Origin: Octopus vulgaris
Lineage: Eukaryota
Reading direction: 5' to 3'
DNA: 64,000 nucleotides
NCBI GenBank assembly: GCA_951406725.2
Contig: OX597814.1
Location: 12,958,001 to 13,022,000 of the forward strand
Shown in pieces: positions 1 through 13,159 of this stretch. The number at the start of each line of letters is the position of its first letter. Positions within the stretch are counted from its first letter, which is position 1. A program made the position numbers and the translations under genes. The notes under the pieces were generated by a model, which was not told the origin of the DNA, searched no databases, and saw only the letters and a list, made by a program, of their open reading frames with translations.

Positions 1-1050
1 AGTGGGTTTGGAGGAGAAAATGTCAATCGTCCAAGCTACGAAAACACCAGCGCAGAACTGGCTAGGACAGGGACTGGAAATAGTCATCTAGGCTGCCCCG
101 GAGGATTTGGAAAACATCATCGATACCATTGTTGTGGATGATAAGAGATTACGTGTTGTATTAGAGGGAAGAAAGCCGCTTTGAAATAAGTGTGGCCAGA
201 AGTGTCACACAAGAGCAGAATGCTCGCCACCTCTCGCGAAGGCACTGGTGGTTCCACCGGTTGTAAGGGAATACGCACTCTCAGCTATTGCGGCGTCGAA
301 AGAGGGAATATGCAAAGAGGAGCTATGTGCGACGGAAAAGGACAAACAAGTGGAGGAAGAAACAGCAAATAGATGACATAAAATCACCCAAAGAATCAGA
401 AAGAAGAGGAAGCGAAATCACACCAGTGATGATGTCACCCACTCTACAAAAACCCTTGCATTCTCCACTCTACCCGCGCAGACACCAGTCCATGACCTGC
501 CCCACCAAACAATGACGCCGAGACTGACCCTACAGACACACAAGCAAACATACACGGGTGCCCAAAATCTTCCAGCCCCCACCCTGTGAAAAGAGTTGTG
601 TTATAGCTTTCAATGAGCTGAATAATGTGCGGAAGAAGGAAATAGACAGGTTAAAAGACATTGTGAAAATTGATATTCCTGCTTGTAGGAAGTATCTCTT
701 AAACATGAGATGAGTTCTTGTTAGCAGAGGGCAGTTTCGCACACAGAAGGGGAAGTTAGAGAAAAGTTTGTGTCTTACAAACGTAGAAGCCGATATCGAA
801 ACAATGCCATCTACGGTGAGCTTTCTAGATATTTTAGAATACGTAGAAAGACTTTCATAATGTAATAGGTTGTAAAATAGTTCAATGTTGTCACTCGGAG
901 TGTGGGGTTCGAGTTGCTGTCATTCTAACTCTTTATTAATTTTCTCTCATCTTTTTCCGTTCGATTTTTCCCCCAATTATGTGATTTCGTCTGTTCGTGT
1001 GCTGTCCACTCCACGTTTAACTCTTTGTAAATGATTTAAAATAAATAAAT
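1..1050 (+). mobile_element. Decayed ORF1/gag-like (zinc knuckle) retroelement, no ORF2 seen; 5' end outside window
   Basis: Frame 2 reads ...DDKRLRVVLEGRKPL*NKCGQKCHTRAEC (decayed CCHC knuckle). The ORF ends near 860, followed by a ~190 nt 3' UTR and AATAAA near 1040. Homologous to 10505-11350. Confidence 0.7.
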
Positions 1051-1499
1051 TCGAAATTGGTCTGCTAAGAGTTAGTGTCGTTATCTACGGTCAGTGTCGC
1101 TTGTTTTCTTGTTATATTACAGTTGGTAAATTCTTGAATATTGTTATTGTGTGTGTTTATTACACCATTGTTTTACTGCTCTGCGGCGGCCTTGTTATCG
1201 CTTCCCCCTATAATCTGCAGGGGTGTCTTGCAGAACCATAGTTGGTGGAAGCAATGTGGGAAGTCCACCATTATATGTAATCAAAATAAGCAACAAGTTT
1301 TAACTGATGTAATACTTGCATTGTTTAATTAAATGGAGTCGCATGAAACGATCGTACTGCATTACCTCTGGATATCCTTGTTGCTTATTTTGATTATAGT
1401 CACCCCATTTTGAATTATATTGATAACACCATACTAAATTCTGGTGCCTTTAACTTAAGTAACATATTCAACTGAATCTAAGTTTTTACTGAACTTATA

Positions 1500-1888
1500 T
1501 ATACTCTCTTACTCTCTTATTTGTTTCAGTCATTTGACTGCGGCCATGCTGGAGTACCACCTTTAGTCGAACAAATCGACCCCAGGACTTATTCTTTGTA
1601 AGCCTAGTACTTATTCTATCGGTCTCTTTTGCCGAACCGCTAAGTGACGGGGACATAAACACACCAGCATCGGTTGTCAGGCGATGTTGGAGTACATACA
1701 GACACACAAACATATACACAAGCATACACAAATATATATATACATATACATATATACGACGGGCTTCTTTCAGTTTCCATCTACCAAATCCACTCACAAG
1801 GCTTCGGTAGGCTCGAAGCTATAGTAGAAGACACTTGTCCAAGGTGCCACGCAGTGGGACTGAACCCGGAACCATGTGGTTGGTAAGA
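1500..1888 (-). mobile_element. tRNA-derived SINE family A, 5' tip truncated
   Basis: Minus strand has a B-box-like GGGTTCAGTCCC and an internal TA/TG microsatellite; co-linear with 12248-12699. Confidence 0.9.
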
Positions 1889-2824
1889 TGATATTTATAT
1901 AATATGTCTGTATCGAATTATCAGCCTTTTTGTGTCTGTTAGCATTGCCTTCTACAGACTCAACTTTTAAGTGTTACGATTTCCGTCTCTTCAACTCTCT
2001 CTTGCCTACTATTCGCTGTTGTCTCCACCTCAACGATACCAACAAGTACTATCTCATGTTTACAGTGGCAAAATCTTTGAATTATCCCCGATGTTTGCTA
2101 GCATGCCAATTTTATGATTAAATAGTATTTAATTTAATATTAGTCAAAGCTCAACGCATTCTCGACAAATGATGGCGTGTAAAATAGATTATGAAATCTA
2201 GATACACAATTTAGTACAAGCGGTCATTACTGAAACCTTTCCTATATGATTTCAAGTGTGGTTAGTAACATTTATTTTTCAGGAAGTAATGAGTTGTATG
2301 GATGTAGTGTCACGAAACAATGCTTATGAACCAACAAAAAATAAAGAATGAAAAATAAAAATACCACTGAAAATCAATGATAATGATTTCTGACTTTTTT
2401 CCGCGGCGTTTTACGACTGGTCGTTGACAGCGAGAGTGTAGGCAGTGTGATTGTGACCATAGAAAAGTTAGATGACGTTCATTACATCAAGATTTCATTT
2501 ATAGGCTGAAAAGTCTTTTGTAAAATTATAAAATGCCAAATATAGCTGAGAAGATAATATAAAGCTTCAATATTTAGTTACGTAATTCATATAACTTGAT
2601 TATTAAGTTGCCATTACTACAGAGCAATTTGAGTTATTCAATATTTCTTCTCAAGTAATTGCCATTGAGATAGTGTGGTCCTGAATTTCTATATTGAAAG
2701 TTGCATGTCAAAAGCGATTTCATGTGTTCGTGCCATAGACCTCGAATACTTTGATTCGACTGGGTTCAATGGTTACTAATGGAAATCATTTTGTAATATG
2801 CTTTGGAAACTAGAAGATTAATAC

Positions 2825-2827
<3 letters not shown>

Positions 2828-2870
<43 letters not shown>
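2828..2870. repeat. (TA)n microsatellite
   Basis: Direct read. Confidence 0.97.
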
Positions 2871-2873
<3 letters not shown>

Positions 2874-3579
2874 TTGCGTATGGCCAAATAGATGTGGGAT
2901 GAGTACAAATATAACGCTATATTATCGAAATATTCCGCATATCATACTTGCAATATTCTTCCCGAGTATGTTTCTCACGAAGACGTTTAGAATACCAATA
3001 ACAGAAGGAAGGATTGCTAAATCATGACTTGTACTGTGTCTTAGCAGGTCATCAGTAGCTAGCATCCGCTGTGCCCCACATTTTTGACACTATGCGCTTC
3101 GGCGCTAATCACAATTATATATTATTGTATTTGAATTAATTTCTGTTAAGTGATTTAACTGAACTGTTTTCACCTACAAAAACTCAAAGTAAAATTTTAT
3201 TCCTAGCGCCAGTTTCTTCATGTCCATCTATCGTATAGTAATTTGGGTATCCTTTGTTGTAGGGTATAGCACTACTTGTATATTAACGTGGATAAAAGTA
3301 AATGTGAGAAAATTTTCCCTACTACTAGTTCACCGAAACACAATATCAGTTTAAATACCTCTGCATTTCCGAATCATGGGTGCGAAAACAAAAAGCAATA
3401 CGTGGCTCGAGTAGTCAAAACGTTAGGGATTCGACTGCGACTTCGTTCAATTTAGACATCGAACGATGTCTAAATTAAATTTAGTCACATAGCCTGTCAG
3501 ATATTGGAGATCAAACTGTCCGTTTCACACCGCTTAAACTTAAGATATAAAAATGTATATTCTGAAATTAAGATATAAC

Positions 3580-3793
3580 AATGGGAGGTGAAAATCTTTT
3601 GCGTTGTGTAAAATCAAATAAAGGAGGATTAGTTAATTATGATTTTATTCAACATATTCCTCTCTCATATTCACGCACTTATTGCAGCGGTCCTTAGATT
3701 TTCTAAGCTCTGTAGAAGAACTAGGAAGTTTGCGCCTCCAGCCAGGCATTTCACGATAACCGTAAAACCAGGAACTTTTCAGCACCCCCTCAT
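3580..3793 (-). mobile_element. Short mariner-derived MITE
   Basis: TIR-like TATGAGGGGGTGCTGAAAAGTTCCTGG and transposase C-terminus RCNKCVNMREEYVE*; related copy at 19282-19430. Confidence 0.7.
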
Positions 3794-3799
3794 ATAAGA

Positions 3800-4105
3800 T
3801 GCCTCTGGTGTGAGGATAAACAAACACACGTTAGCAGATAATCTTTGTTTATAGGATGATTTCGAGTTCAGTACTATTGCGTAACATCTTAGATAAGTGA
3901 GGAATATGTGTGTGCGTATGTGTCTGTGTTTGTCCCCCATTATCGTTTAACAACCAGCATTAGCTTGTTTACACTCACGTCATTTAGCAGTCCCGTAGAA
4001 GGAACCGATAAAATAAGTTTTGCTTTCGATACTCTCGGCTAAAAATCTTTAAGGAGGTGCCCCAGCATGGCTGCAGTCTAATGACTAAAATAACTAAAAT
4101 ATGAA
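3800..4105 (+). mobile_element. Degenerate SINE family A
   Basis: GAGTTCAGTAC B-box remnant; 3' part GGTGCCCCAGCATGGCTGCAGTCTAATGACT matches family A. Confidence 0.65.
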
Positions 4106-4860
4106 AAATAAATTATGAAAAATAGTTTCCAATCGCAGATTCTGTGACCAAATAGATTTCCTACTACTTACATTGATTATTATTGTTAGTTCTTTTTTAT
4201 TTTATCAAATAACATATAAATAATCGTATAAGAAGAATGAAGTTCGTTTGCTGTGTATAATTTTCGAATGAAATCTAATCCTTTGTCCTACAAAACTAAG
4301 AGAATTGGTGCGAAGTACAATAAGAAATGCGATGAAAAAGTGGATGAAAAATGCCGACCGTAATAGAGACCTTAAACATTGTCTTTCAGGATGTCTTCTA
4401 GCACCATATCAACTTAACAATGACAGGAAAACGTTTCGAAAATATCTGTTGCATTTAGACGAAATCTTGATTTTATAATTACATGACAAATTTGGACCAT
4501 TTTTTAATAGAAATTGGAGCTGAAACTTTCTTAGAATAATTAGATTTAATTGTTCTAAATCTTCATGAAAAAAAGATTGGGGAAATATTAAATTGTCTCA
4601 GTCCAATCAAACTGCTGCAGCTGTGCCAACTTAATTAGCTCGTGACAATCCAAAATCTAACATTATTTTCTCAACTCTTTTGCTTAACAAGTAACAAAAA
4701 TCGAATTTTTCGCATATGAATAATCGCAGTTGGAACTGAAAATTTCTAGGTTTCATCTTATACACCACTTACATTTGTTATTTTTGTAAATGAAAACAAA
4801 AATCATTTGATAGCTGGTAAATGTTAAATGTAAAATGAAATGTCACGAGCCTGATACATA

Positions 4861-5102
4861 TCAGGTCATTTCAGAACTTCTGTCCAAATTTTGAATAAAG
4901 AAAACACGAGATCAAATGTTATATTTAATTGAAATTTATTTTCAGTGTATCTGTCCTGATTATCTACGACTTCCATCTCTTTACAAACTTTTTAATATCA
5001 TCAATGTAAAACTCTTTTGGTTTCAAAACCAAGTACTCTGGAATGTCAGTTTCGACCTCCTCCTGGCTTGCAAAAGTTATGGCCCCCAAATGAATCTGTA
5101 AA
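4861..5102 (-). mobile_element. 3' end of mariner (same family as 35592 and 52829), abutting a Penelope element
   Basis: TA + TCAGGTCATTTCAGAACTTCTGTCC TIR; reverse complement aligns with 53780-54021. Confidence 0.85.
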
Positions 5103-7060
5103 CCAAAAAAGAATGGGCTGAGCGTAACAAATTAACGATAACAAAACAATAACAATCAAAGAGGCTGATAAAAGGAGTGCAGTTGTCTTAATGGACACGG
5201 TATACTATATAACTCTAGTAATATCCATATTAGAAAACACAACGTATTATGAAAAAGACCCAACACTACAGTCAGCAGAAAATAATGAGAGACCTAAAAA
5301 TCCATGTTAAACCTATACAGAGAAGGGGTCACCAACAAAGAATATGACTATATGACCAATTTCAAAAATGAAACCAGTCAATTCTACAGTATTCCCAAGA
5401 GATACACAAAAGTGAGAAAATAAGTTACACATGCAGGAAAGCCATATACATGGTAATCAAAGTCCCTACTCCTAATGACCTCAAATTGAGACCTATAATA
5501 CCAGTTCCCGCATGCGAAACTCACCACCGCCTCAGTAACATTTTAGATTCCCTCTTAGAGCCATTCCTCAAGCATGTCAAAATGCTATATAAGGAACAAC
5601 CTGGATATACTCAATCACCTACCTGAAACAATAAACAAAAACACCTTACTAGTATCCTTTGATATAGTCAACATCTATTCCAATATACCCCACAACCTAG
5701 GAATAGAGGCAATTCAATTCTGGCTAGAGAATTACGTCAACGAACTCCCACATCGCATCAAAAAAGAATTCGGGATAGAAGGGCTAAACTTTATCTTGGA
5801 GAATAACTACTTCGTCTTCAAAGACAACTTCTATAGACAAAAATCAGGGACTGCAATGGGTACGAGAATGGCTCCCTCCTTTGCTAACCTAGTCATGGGA
5901 TATCTAGAAACTAGTCTTTATCGTAAGATACTAGAAAATACGACAACCCGTTCTCCCTCTACATAGACATAGGAAATAACCGAAAGAGATACCTGGATGA
6001 CTGTTTCATTCTTTGGCATGAAATTATAGAGAGACTTAAAGAATTTCAAGCTTTTATAAGTGGACTTTGTGTAAACATTCAATTCACGATCAAATATAGC
6101 CATCAACAACTTCCATTCCTCTACATCCTCATTAAGAAATCTAACAACGTAATAGAAACAGATATATACTATAATCCTACGGATTCCAAGCAATATCTAC
6201 CTTCAACTCATGCTACCCAGACACACCATAATAAATATCCCCTTCAACCTAGCAAAAATGATATGTACTATAGTTTCTAATGCAATCGCCTGGGACACAC
6301 GAATACATGAAGTAAATGATATACTCATCGCCAGGAACTCCCCACCTTCACTAATTGACTTATGTTTTCAACGTGTCCTACAATCCAAAATTCACGAACT
6401 CAGACTTCCAAAGTTAAAGACGGATTTACAACCAAAAGCCCTACCATACATCTCCACACACAACCCTCTTAACCACGAAGCCTTCGACACCATCCTTCAA
6501 AACATTCCTCTGCTATAAAAAGAAGCACATAATGTACATAATCCTCCAAACACACACCATCATAAAAAGCAAGAGACAGCCCAAATCTATGAAAAGTCTC
6601 CTAACACAAACCCGAATACGTTCAGCAACAACACTGAAGCCGTCAATACAAACATGCGGAATACCCAAATGTAGGATATGCGTCAATTTAATTGAGGGAC
6701 CTGAGTTCTCTTACAAAAACAGGGACGTTTCACAGGGAAAAGCAGTTTCCCGTGCGCTTCGGAAAACCTGACGTATGTCCTAACCTGCTCTGGGTGTCAA
6801 GAGCAATACATAGGCCAGCCAAAAAATAAAGTCTACGCCAAAGGATGGCTCTGCACAGATCCCAAATCAAAATTCCGAAAACCAAAAATAGCATCCAGCC
6901 AACTCATCGACATTTGCGCCAGTAACAAAGATCCAAGCTTCAGAATGTTCACCTCTATCAATTCAAGGACTATACAACCTGTAGCCAGCGAATTAGTAAA
7001 GAGTCGTTCTTTATCACAAAATACAGACCCATTTTGAACGCATCCACTACAAATGACATA
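5103..7060 (+). mobile_element. Decayed Penelope-like retroelement (RT + GIY-YIG endonuclease)
   Basis: Frameshifted ORF with ITIKEADK, LVSFDIVNIYSNIPH, GTAMGTRMAPSFANLVMG, RYLDDCF, TDIYY.PTD, CGIPKCRIC and YVLTCSGCQEQYIGQ. Confidence 0.93.
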
Positions 7061-9007
7061 TCCACCACGACCTAGGAATAACACACACGCAAGTATTAAA
7101 AATGATGCATTTAAAAGAGCTATCTCTGAAAGAGACATCTGATAATATTCTCAAAGGCAAAGCGAGTTAAAATATTTGGCTATAAATGAAGTTATCCAGT
7201 TGTAGAACGGACGCAGAACACCGACAGAGCACGTTGTTGTTCAAATCGAATACTGAATTAGGCATGCACAACCCAATAACAATGCTAATTCTTATTTGTA
7301 AAAGTAGCAAACAGTAAATTTTTGAGACGTGCATAAAGATTCGTCAACCCGGAGGTGAGTAACTAGGATCGCAGGAAGGAGCACTGAATAAAATAAAATC
7401 GTACATCATCATATTTAACACATCGAAACACTGAACAAATAATAATTGTGTGTTATCATATGTGTGTACAGCAACCCAACATGACCGCAGTCTAATAACT
7501 GAAACGAGCAAAAGTAAAAGATATACATATATATCATAAATACTGAATATATTTACTTCCCAGTCTCAAGAATGATACAGGTAACATAGAATTGGAATGA
7601 GGTTGATCATCGGATATTACGGAACCTTCTGTCCTATAGACTTCCCAGTATAACATGGGTGGTCACTTTTTTCAATGATCACTAAATTAAATGTATATTA
7701 AATTTATATACAAAATTAAATGAAATACAGTACTTCTACATTAGCATAATTGAGGTCTGATTATTCGAAGTTCCAATCTTCCAGTCTCCGCAATTTAATG
7801 TAATTTATGATAGACTGTTTGCGCCTTTCTTCAAATTTTTAAGAGTTACATACATAGACCGTAGGAATAGTGTAGTCCTGATGAATTGGTGCTACTGCAC
7901 CAATTCATATCATATGTGTATTAGAGAGAGTAATAATTATATCAGAAATGTTTGTTTATTATATACAGTGTGTGTAAAGGCTGAGTGTTTCAATTGACTG
8001 AGTAGACAGAGAAACATTGCACCATTGGAATAGAAATTAACTTCTGTGTGGAGGTAGTCGTTTGCGCCCTCAGGAATTTTGACCATTAATTCAATTCATT
8101 TGTTTTATATATTCTCAGTAAAAACGTTTAAATTTTTATTGTTTTAGATATTCTAGCTGTCGTAAGAAAATGGCAGAGCAGGGAGGCTGACTATAAATAC
8201 TGAACGAAAATTAATTATAATCATATTCAGTGCAACATATTTCGCCTTTGTTTCGTTAGGCGAGGCTTGAGATATTTGCATGACTTATTATTCAATGAAG
8301 ACATATATTCGCTTGACACTTTGCAGTTATTTATTAATATGTGCTTATTATTGCTTGACGCAATGCTTAATTCCAGCTCCGAGATGCCACATATGTAAGT
8401 GACATTCTTTGAGGGATGAAAATTATATGCTATATATTTTTATACAATTAATTAATAAGGTATTAAATCTATGCATTAATTATATATTGATATGACATAT
8501 TGACATCGGAGTAATTTTCATGTTTCCTTTGTGGCAAGATTTATTGCTTCATACCATTTGCCGCATACTTGTGAATCATTTATACCTGGAATAGAGCGGC
8601 TAGATATCAAGAATCCTCATCTAGAAGGAAGATAAATGTTGAACAGATTACTTTTACGACATTTAACAATATATCTATGTCTCTGCGAAGGAAAAATTCC
8701 GTCTGGAACATTTGTGAGAGAAATTACACACACAAAAATTTAAACTCTAAACTTATTTGCAACACTTCAGTATCTTCTCTTGTAAACGTTTCCTTCCTAA
8801 GTTTAACGCATTTCTTGTGTAATGTTTCTTTTATATTTTTCTTCCATATAATTCGTATTTGAGAGGATGAATATATTGTATGAAGTCTTCTCAGCTTGAC
8901 TCTAGACCACTTTAGAATAAATGGATTCCCACTGAAATGTTGATTCTGATCATTGCAAATCAACACTTGTTTTGAATTAGTGGCACAATATATATATATA
9001 CACACAA

Positions 9008-9172
9008 CTAAGTTAAGTTAAGTTAATTTTTTGGCTCATAAAGCAAAAGCAAGGCCATGTAGGGGGACATGGAGTTATGTAGAGGGAGGGTGTTCATGGA
9101 AAGAGTTCAGGCTATTTCTGGTCAAGAGAGTCTTTGAACCGAGCGGTTGTCGGCATCTTCACTATCTTCACT
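9008..9172 (-). mobile_element. 3' end of CR1-like LINE with (TTAAC)n tail
   Basis: Minus strand KIVKMPTTARFKDSLDQK*PELFP*, short UTR, then TTAAC repeats. Confidence 0.6.
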
Positions 9173-9495
9173 AATATATAGAGATCGTATTAGGCCCCCA
9201 AATAATATGTTTCGCTGAGAGCATTTTAGGTTCGTAATCAGACAGAGCATTCAGTTGACATGACATATGCTATGATACATTCGTTGTTTAGGAGCCTTAG
9301 TATGTCCAATATTTACTGCTTGAATTTTTGTCTCACTAAAGAGACATTATCTCCACCAATTACCATTTTCAACATCCAAACTATTTATCCTGTATAGTAA
9401 GTAACTTGATGCAGTCATGTCCTATTTAACACACGTTTCTTATCATATTACTTCAAATAGGGGTGGATTGGTATCTTCAACACCCAGTTAAATAT

Positions 9496-9657
9496 TCTTT
9501 TCTACTCTAGACACATGGCCCGAAATTTTGGGGGATGAGTCCAGTCGATTAGATCAACCCCCGTACGCAACTGGTACTTAAATTATCGACGCCGAAAGGA
9601 TTAAAAGCAAAGTCGACCTCGGCGGAATTTGAACTCAGAACGTAAAGACTGACGACT
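9496..9657 (-). mobile_element. 5'-truncated SINE family B with 13-bp TSD
   Basis: Matches the family B body (GAGTTCAAATTCCGCCGAGGTCGAC); direct repeat CCCAGTTAAATAT at 9483-9495 and 9658-9670. Confidence 0.9.
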
Positions 9658-9867
9658 CCCAGTTAAATATGGAACTTAGTTTATGTAGTCTTCTGTCAAA
9701 AGATACACTTGAAATATAATAATATATGGAGAAAGTGAAGTATAGGCTTCAAAGGTACTATAATTCTTTGCAACTAAAACGGACAAAGCTAAAATGATTC
9801 AAATAATTCGATCTCAGAGTCTGTGACAAATGCACAACATTCCATAAGTAATATTTCGAACTGTAGA

Positions 9868-9932
9868 AGGCGGCGAGCTGGCAGTTATGCTAGCACCCCG
9901 GGCGAAATGCTTAGCGATAGTTTGTCTGTCTG
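9868..9932 (+). mobile_element. 5' fragment of SINE family B
   Basis: AGGCGGCGAGCTGGCAG...GGGCGAAATGCTTAGC matches the family B head. Confidence 0.75.
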
Positions 9933-10047
9933 TTATTGAAAATGTATTGTTGTAGTGTGTTGGTAAAGTAACTTTCTGTTAATTGTTATATCGTTATACC
10001 TCTTGTTGTGCCTATTGTTGGACTTATTGTTTAAAGATTGTATTATA

Positions 10048-10504
10048 TTGGGTTGTCCGGAAAGTTCGTGCCGATTTTTAAAGGAAAGAACAAGGTCAAT
10101 AAATACTTGCCACTACATTTTTAATAAACTAAATATGAACCATTTTGTTGCACAATGTGTCTCCATCTTTCCTGTAACTTGAAAATACCTTCTTCCCAGA
10201 ATTTAGGTGGTTTCATGGCAAAGAAGTCCTCAAAGTATCTTTTTACGTCATCCAAGTAATTGAAATTTTTACCACTAAGACTATTCTGCAGAGACCAGAA
10301 TAAGTAAAAATCCGAAGGAGCAATATCTGTTGAATATGGCGGTAACAAATCCCAGCCGAGCTGCAGCAATTTTTGTCTGGTACCCAAAGCATCAAGTGCC
10401 GAAAATGAACTTTCTTATCTTCCATTTTAAAAGGTTACAGAATTAACACATGTTATAGGAACATAAACCTTCTTCCACGAAAAGATAACTTAAACTGTGC
10501 TCTA
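10048..10504 (-). mobile_element. Internally deleted mariner, 5' TIR lost
   Basis: TA + TIR TTGGGTTGTCCGGAAAGTTCGTG. N-terminal MEDKKVHFRHLML is joined directly to C-terminal PPYSTDIAPSDFYLF...LQERWRHIVQQNGSY. Confidence 0.9.
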
Positions 10505-11350
10505 TGATTTTTATTTCCCATAGAAGGTTTACATAGAGGGGGACATCGCAATATACTGGGGACACAAAATACCAAAAATTAAAATTAAAATTAAAATAGA
10601 AACATAATAGCATGATGAAAGGGTGAAAATGAAGAATGAAAGCGATGTTAATCGCCCCATCAATAAACATCACTTACTTGCCCTCTTTTCATACGTCAGT
10701 AAAAAAATTATGTAGTCCTCTAGTTTCACCCCATATCGCTTCTCAAGTTCATATTTCTTTTCCGAGTGTATCCTCTTACTTACTAACATATAAACGTTTT
10801 TAAGTACTGTTTCAAGTTCTTTTACATGGTTTCTTGTTAATACTACTTCCATACCCCCATCCTCAGCCCAGCTGTCTGGAAATTCAACCTTTCCCCAATC
10901 CTTCAATATTTCAAATAAATCATCATTGTCTAGTGCATCTACATAATGTTCTGCGGGACTGGCATTTTCTGAGTTATCCTGTGTGTCTGTTTTCTTGTTG
11001 ATGGGGAGTGGGTAGGTTTAGTGTCTGCAGAGGACGGATGGGGCGCAAAGCGTGTGGGTGGTGCTGGGATGGGTTGGGGTTCAGTATAGCTTGCATTTTT
11101 TCTTTTTCTCTTCTTCCTTTTTCCAGTGGTTTCCCATTCTGCTGGATCCTCTTCTTCGACAATTTTTTTCTTTTTCACTTCTGCCTTTTTCTGTCATTCC
11201 TGTGGTTCTTCTACCCCTTTTGCTGGTTTCTTCATTGTTTCCTTCACTAGTGTAGGGTAATTAGCTCTTATGTGGCATTTCAGGCCACATTTGAAACACT
11301 GAGGAGCTCTGCCCTCCAACCATACTCTTAAGTTTATGTCTCCCATTGTA
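10505..11350 (-). mobile_element. ORF1-like zinc-knuckle retroelement with 3' tail, no ORF2
   Basis: LRVWLEGRAPQCFKCGLKCHIRANY, then a K/E-rich and P-rich linker and a C-terminal domain ending at 10670, a short UTR and AATAAA. Confidence 0.72.
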
Positions 11351-11351
11351 A

Positions 11352-11830
11352 TTGTTTCTGATACTGGCTAGCGTGGACACGAACTGGCAACAGAATGATT
11401 TTATCCCCAGATCTGTGCGCCGGGGAGTGGTGACGTTGATCAGGAAGGACCCGGACAAGTGGGATATTTTAGATTATTTCAGACCCATCATTCTGTTAAA
11501 CGCAGAAGTGAAGATTTTGGACAATGTTTTAGCAAAAAGTTTGGCGCGTGTCGTGAATGGTATAGTCATGGAGGCATAGACATGTGCCATCCCTGGCAGA
11601 ACCATTCAGGATAATCTCCATCTTATTCGCTATAGCATAGAGAGGGTTGGCGATAACTCTGGCAAAGGTGGGGCATTGGTGCAATCTAAAGCTTTTCATG
11701 GGGTCGACCATCGATACCTAGCGACTGTGTTTGTGCGGTTGGTCTGGGCCTTTGTTTCCTCAGGTGGTTCATTGCTCTGCATCACAACATGGACTCGATA
11801 GTTCGGGTGAACGCATAATCTTGTCCGATA
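11352..11830 (+). mobile_element. Tx1/L1-clade reverse transcriptase fragment
   Basis: GVVTLIRKD..FRPIILLNAEVKIL..AIPGRTIQDNLHLIR..SKAFHGVDHRYL. Confidence 0.88.
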
Positions 11831-12167
11831 GAAATAATCCAACGGTATCTGTTATTTGGGTCGAGTGCGAGGATCCCATAGTAATATCGAAGAACTTAAA
11901 AGTAGCTGATTTGGACCAGTGTTATTTTCCATAATTTATCAGGTTCATTCTAGTTGCTTGGATAATCTCAATATCTAAATGCAGAAAGTATTGAAGGCGA
12001 CACAACGTCACAAAAAAGTGCCAGAATGAGGGTGGCATCTTGCGACAGAAGAAACAAGTCTGGGAAACCCAATTAGCATTATGCCTCTCTCTGATAGAAA
12101 ATAACAAATATAGAATATAGTACTAATTGGATTTTCAGCTGTTGTTTCTTGTTTTGCAAGGTGTCAC

Positions 12168-12220
<53 letters not shown>

Positions 12221-12247
12221 ATTATTATATAAAAGATTATATATATA

Positions 12248-12463
12248 TACTCTTTTACGCTTTTACTTGTTTCAGTCATTTGACTGCGGCCATGCTGGAG
12301 CACCGCATTTACTCGAGCAAATCGACCCCAAGACCTATTCTTTGGAAGGCTAGTACTTATTCTATCGGTATATTTTGCCGAACCGCCAAGTTACGGGGAC
12401 GTAAACACACCAGCATCATTTGTCAAGCGATGTTGGGGTACACACAGACACACAAACATACAT

Positions 12464-12537
<74 letters not shown>

Positions 12538-12699
12538 GACGGGCTTCTTTCAGTTTTCGTCTACCAAATCCACTCACAAGTTTTTCGTCGGCCCGAGACT
12601 ATAGTAGAAGTCACTTTCCCGAGGTGCCACGCACTGGAACTTAACCCGGAACCATGTGGTTGGTAAGCAAGCTACTTACCACACAGCTACTCCCGTGCC
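12248..12699 (-). mobile_element. Full-length tRNA-derived SINE family A
   Basis: Minus strand begins GGCACGGGAGTAGCTGTGTGGTAAG (A box) with a B-box-like GGGTTAAGTTCC; co-linear with 1500-1888. Confidence 0.92.
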
Positions 12700-13159
12700 T
12701 ATATACATATTAATGATTTTTGCAATACATATGTATTACTCTCCAACAATGTTGTTCTACGCGTAATAAGACTGGGTGTAAACTTCATAGTTCAATTAGT
12801 CGCGCAAATTGTCTTTGATATCGCCAGGGAATCAACGTATCTTCTGTATACGCTGTTGGTTGCTATCAATACTCGTAATCTTAAATATAAATGCTGCAGC
12901 ATTGCTTACATCTACTTTCACTTAGTATTTACTGAATTTTGACTTTCACGTTCTCAGCATGGATCTTTTAGTCACCTGTATAATGAAAATAAAATTTCAA
13001 AAATTTTCAGATTTTACTTGTTTATTATATGTCTATATTTGTGGGTAGATGCAGAATACTGCTTATAATCGCGGTTTGAATAGCATCAGTATAGTATACT
13101 TAATACTTAATAGTATACTTAATGGTAATACTTAATAACCTGCTAGAAGACAATTTTAA

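Noticed and set aside
4400-4520. Possible piggyBac remnant (MTGKRFENI..DKF)
   Set aside because: Too short and degenerate to support.
7135-7185. CTGATAA after the Penelope copy as its pLTR hammerhead
   Set aside because: No GAAAC and unconvincing stems.
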